DNA of 33,303 nucleotides from Vezdaea acicularis (Eukaryota): NCBI GenBank assembly GCA_026025075.1, contig JAPEUI010000158.1, positions 1 to 33,303 of the forward strand, read 5' to 3'. Shown piece by piece: positions 32,901 to 33,303 of this stretch (position 1 is its first letter; each line of letters starts with the position of its first letter). The notes under the pieces were generated by a model. It saw only the letters and a program-made list of their open reading frames with translations, ran no database searches and was not told where the DNA came from. The position numbers and the translations under genes were made by a program.

Positions 32901-33290
32901 CAGCTCTGAACCTTATGAGTGTTGTGATTCCCTTACTTGAAGCTGCTGATGTCGAGGCCGACTCGAAGGACAACGAGGGGCGGACCCCGCTGTTCCGGGC
33001 AGCTGAGAGGGGGCACGAGGCGGTGGTGCGGCTGCTCGTGGCGCGGAGCAATGTCGAGGCCGACTCGAAGGATAAACATGGGCGGACCCCGCTGTCCTGG
33101 GCAGCTGTGAGGGGGCACGAGGCGGTGGTGCGGCTGCTGGTGGCGCGGAGCGACGTCGAGGCCGACTCGAAGGACAACGAGGGGCAGACACCGCTGTCCC
33201 GGGCAGCTGTGAGGGGGCACGAGGCGGTGGTGCGGCTGCTGGTGGCGCGGAGCGACGTTGAGGCCGACTCGAAGGACAACGAGGGGCAGT
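29972..33290 (+). CDS. Second patatin + NACHT + ankyrin NLR-like protein, 3'-truncated by the sequence end; exons 29972-30165, 30215-30454, 30508-31100, 31223-31309, 31371->end
   Basis: Patatin motifs LLALDGGGVRG, GTSTG, ATAAAISFF and FVDGA. NACHT motifs CLQSLAF, TCSWL, Walker A LLWIKGKPGAGKST and Walker B RIYVDALDEC. I translated the last exon and it is open to the end; it is missing from the ORF track only because it has no stop. Confidence 0.92.
32978..33290 (+). repeat. 102-bp (34-aa) near-identical ankyrin repeats (3 full units plus the start of a 4th)
   Basis: GxTPLxxAAxRGHEAVVRLLVARSxVEADSKDxx starting at 32978, 33080, 33182 and 33284. Confidence 0.93.
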
Positions 33291-33303
33291 CTGTCTCTTA
33301 TAC
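33291..33303 (+). other. Nextera/Tn5 mosaic-end adapter read-through (library artefact)
   Basis: The last 13 nt, CTGTCTCTTATAC, equal the first 13 nt of the adapter CTGTCTCTTATACACATCT. They replace the expected ankyrin continuation (ACACCGCTG...). Confidence 0.9.

Noticed and set aside
1..33303. Starship captain (DUF3435 tyrosine recombinase), transposase, tRNA or rRNA genes, amyloid signalling motif
   Set aside because: None is recognisable in the window. NLR-rich cargo would be compatible with a Starship, but no boundary or captain is visible, and no N/Q/G-rich HRAM/PP/sigma-like motif precedes the NLRs.

Overview
Eukaryotic DNA from a filamentous ascomycete (Pezizomycotina-type GT..AG introns with CTRAC/CTRAY branch points). 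It looks like a repeat-rich, immunity-gene-rich accessory region. In order: (1) about 5 kb of very GC-rich, microsatellite-rich sequence with no credible gene; (2) an orphan coiled-coil gene, a 26-copy 19-bp minisatellite whose consensus embeds TTAGGG, and a 723-bp foldback element; (3) a complete 7-exon patatin-NACHT-ankyrin NLR-like gene with 18 highly similar ankyrin repeats and a Tc1/mariner-type MITE inside the intron that splits its P-loop; (4) a divergent pair of a PRISE/SirQ-like short-chain reductase and a DHA1 MFS transporter; (5) an uncharacterised protein with a C-terminal TM helix, head-to-head with a Goodbye-like/NB-ARC/TPR NLR; (6) a Dabb stress protein; (7) a diverged ~615-bp direct duplication with apparent reciprocal gene loss and nested non-autonomous transposons; (8) a second patatin-NACHT-ankyrin NLR that runs off the end inside its ankyrin array, where the last 13 nt are Nextera/Tn5 adapter. 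All gene models were spliced by hand from the sequence. Family names come from motif recognition, not database searches.
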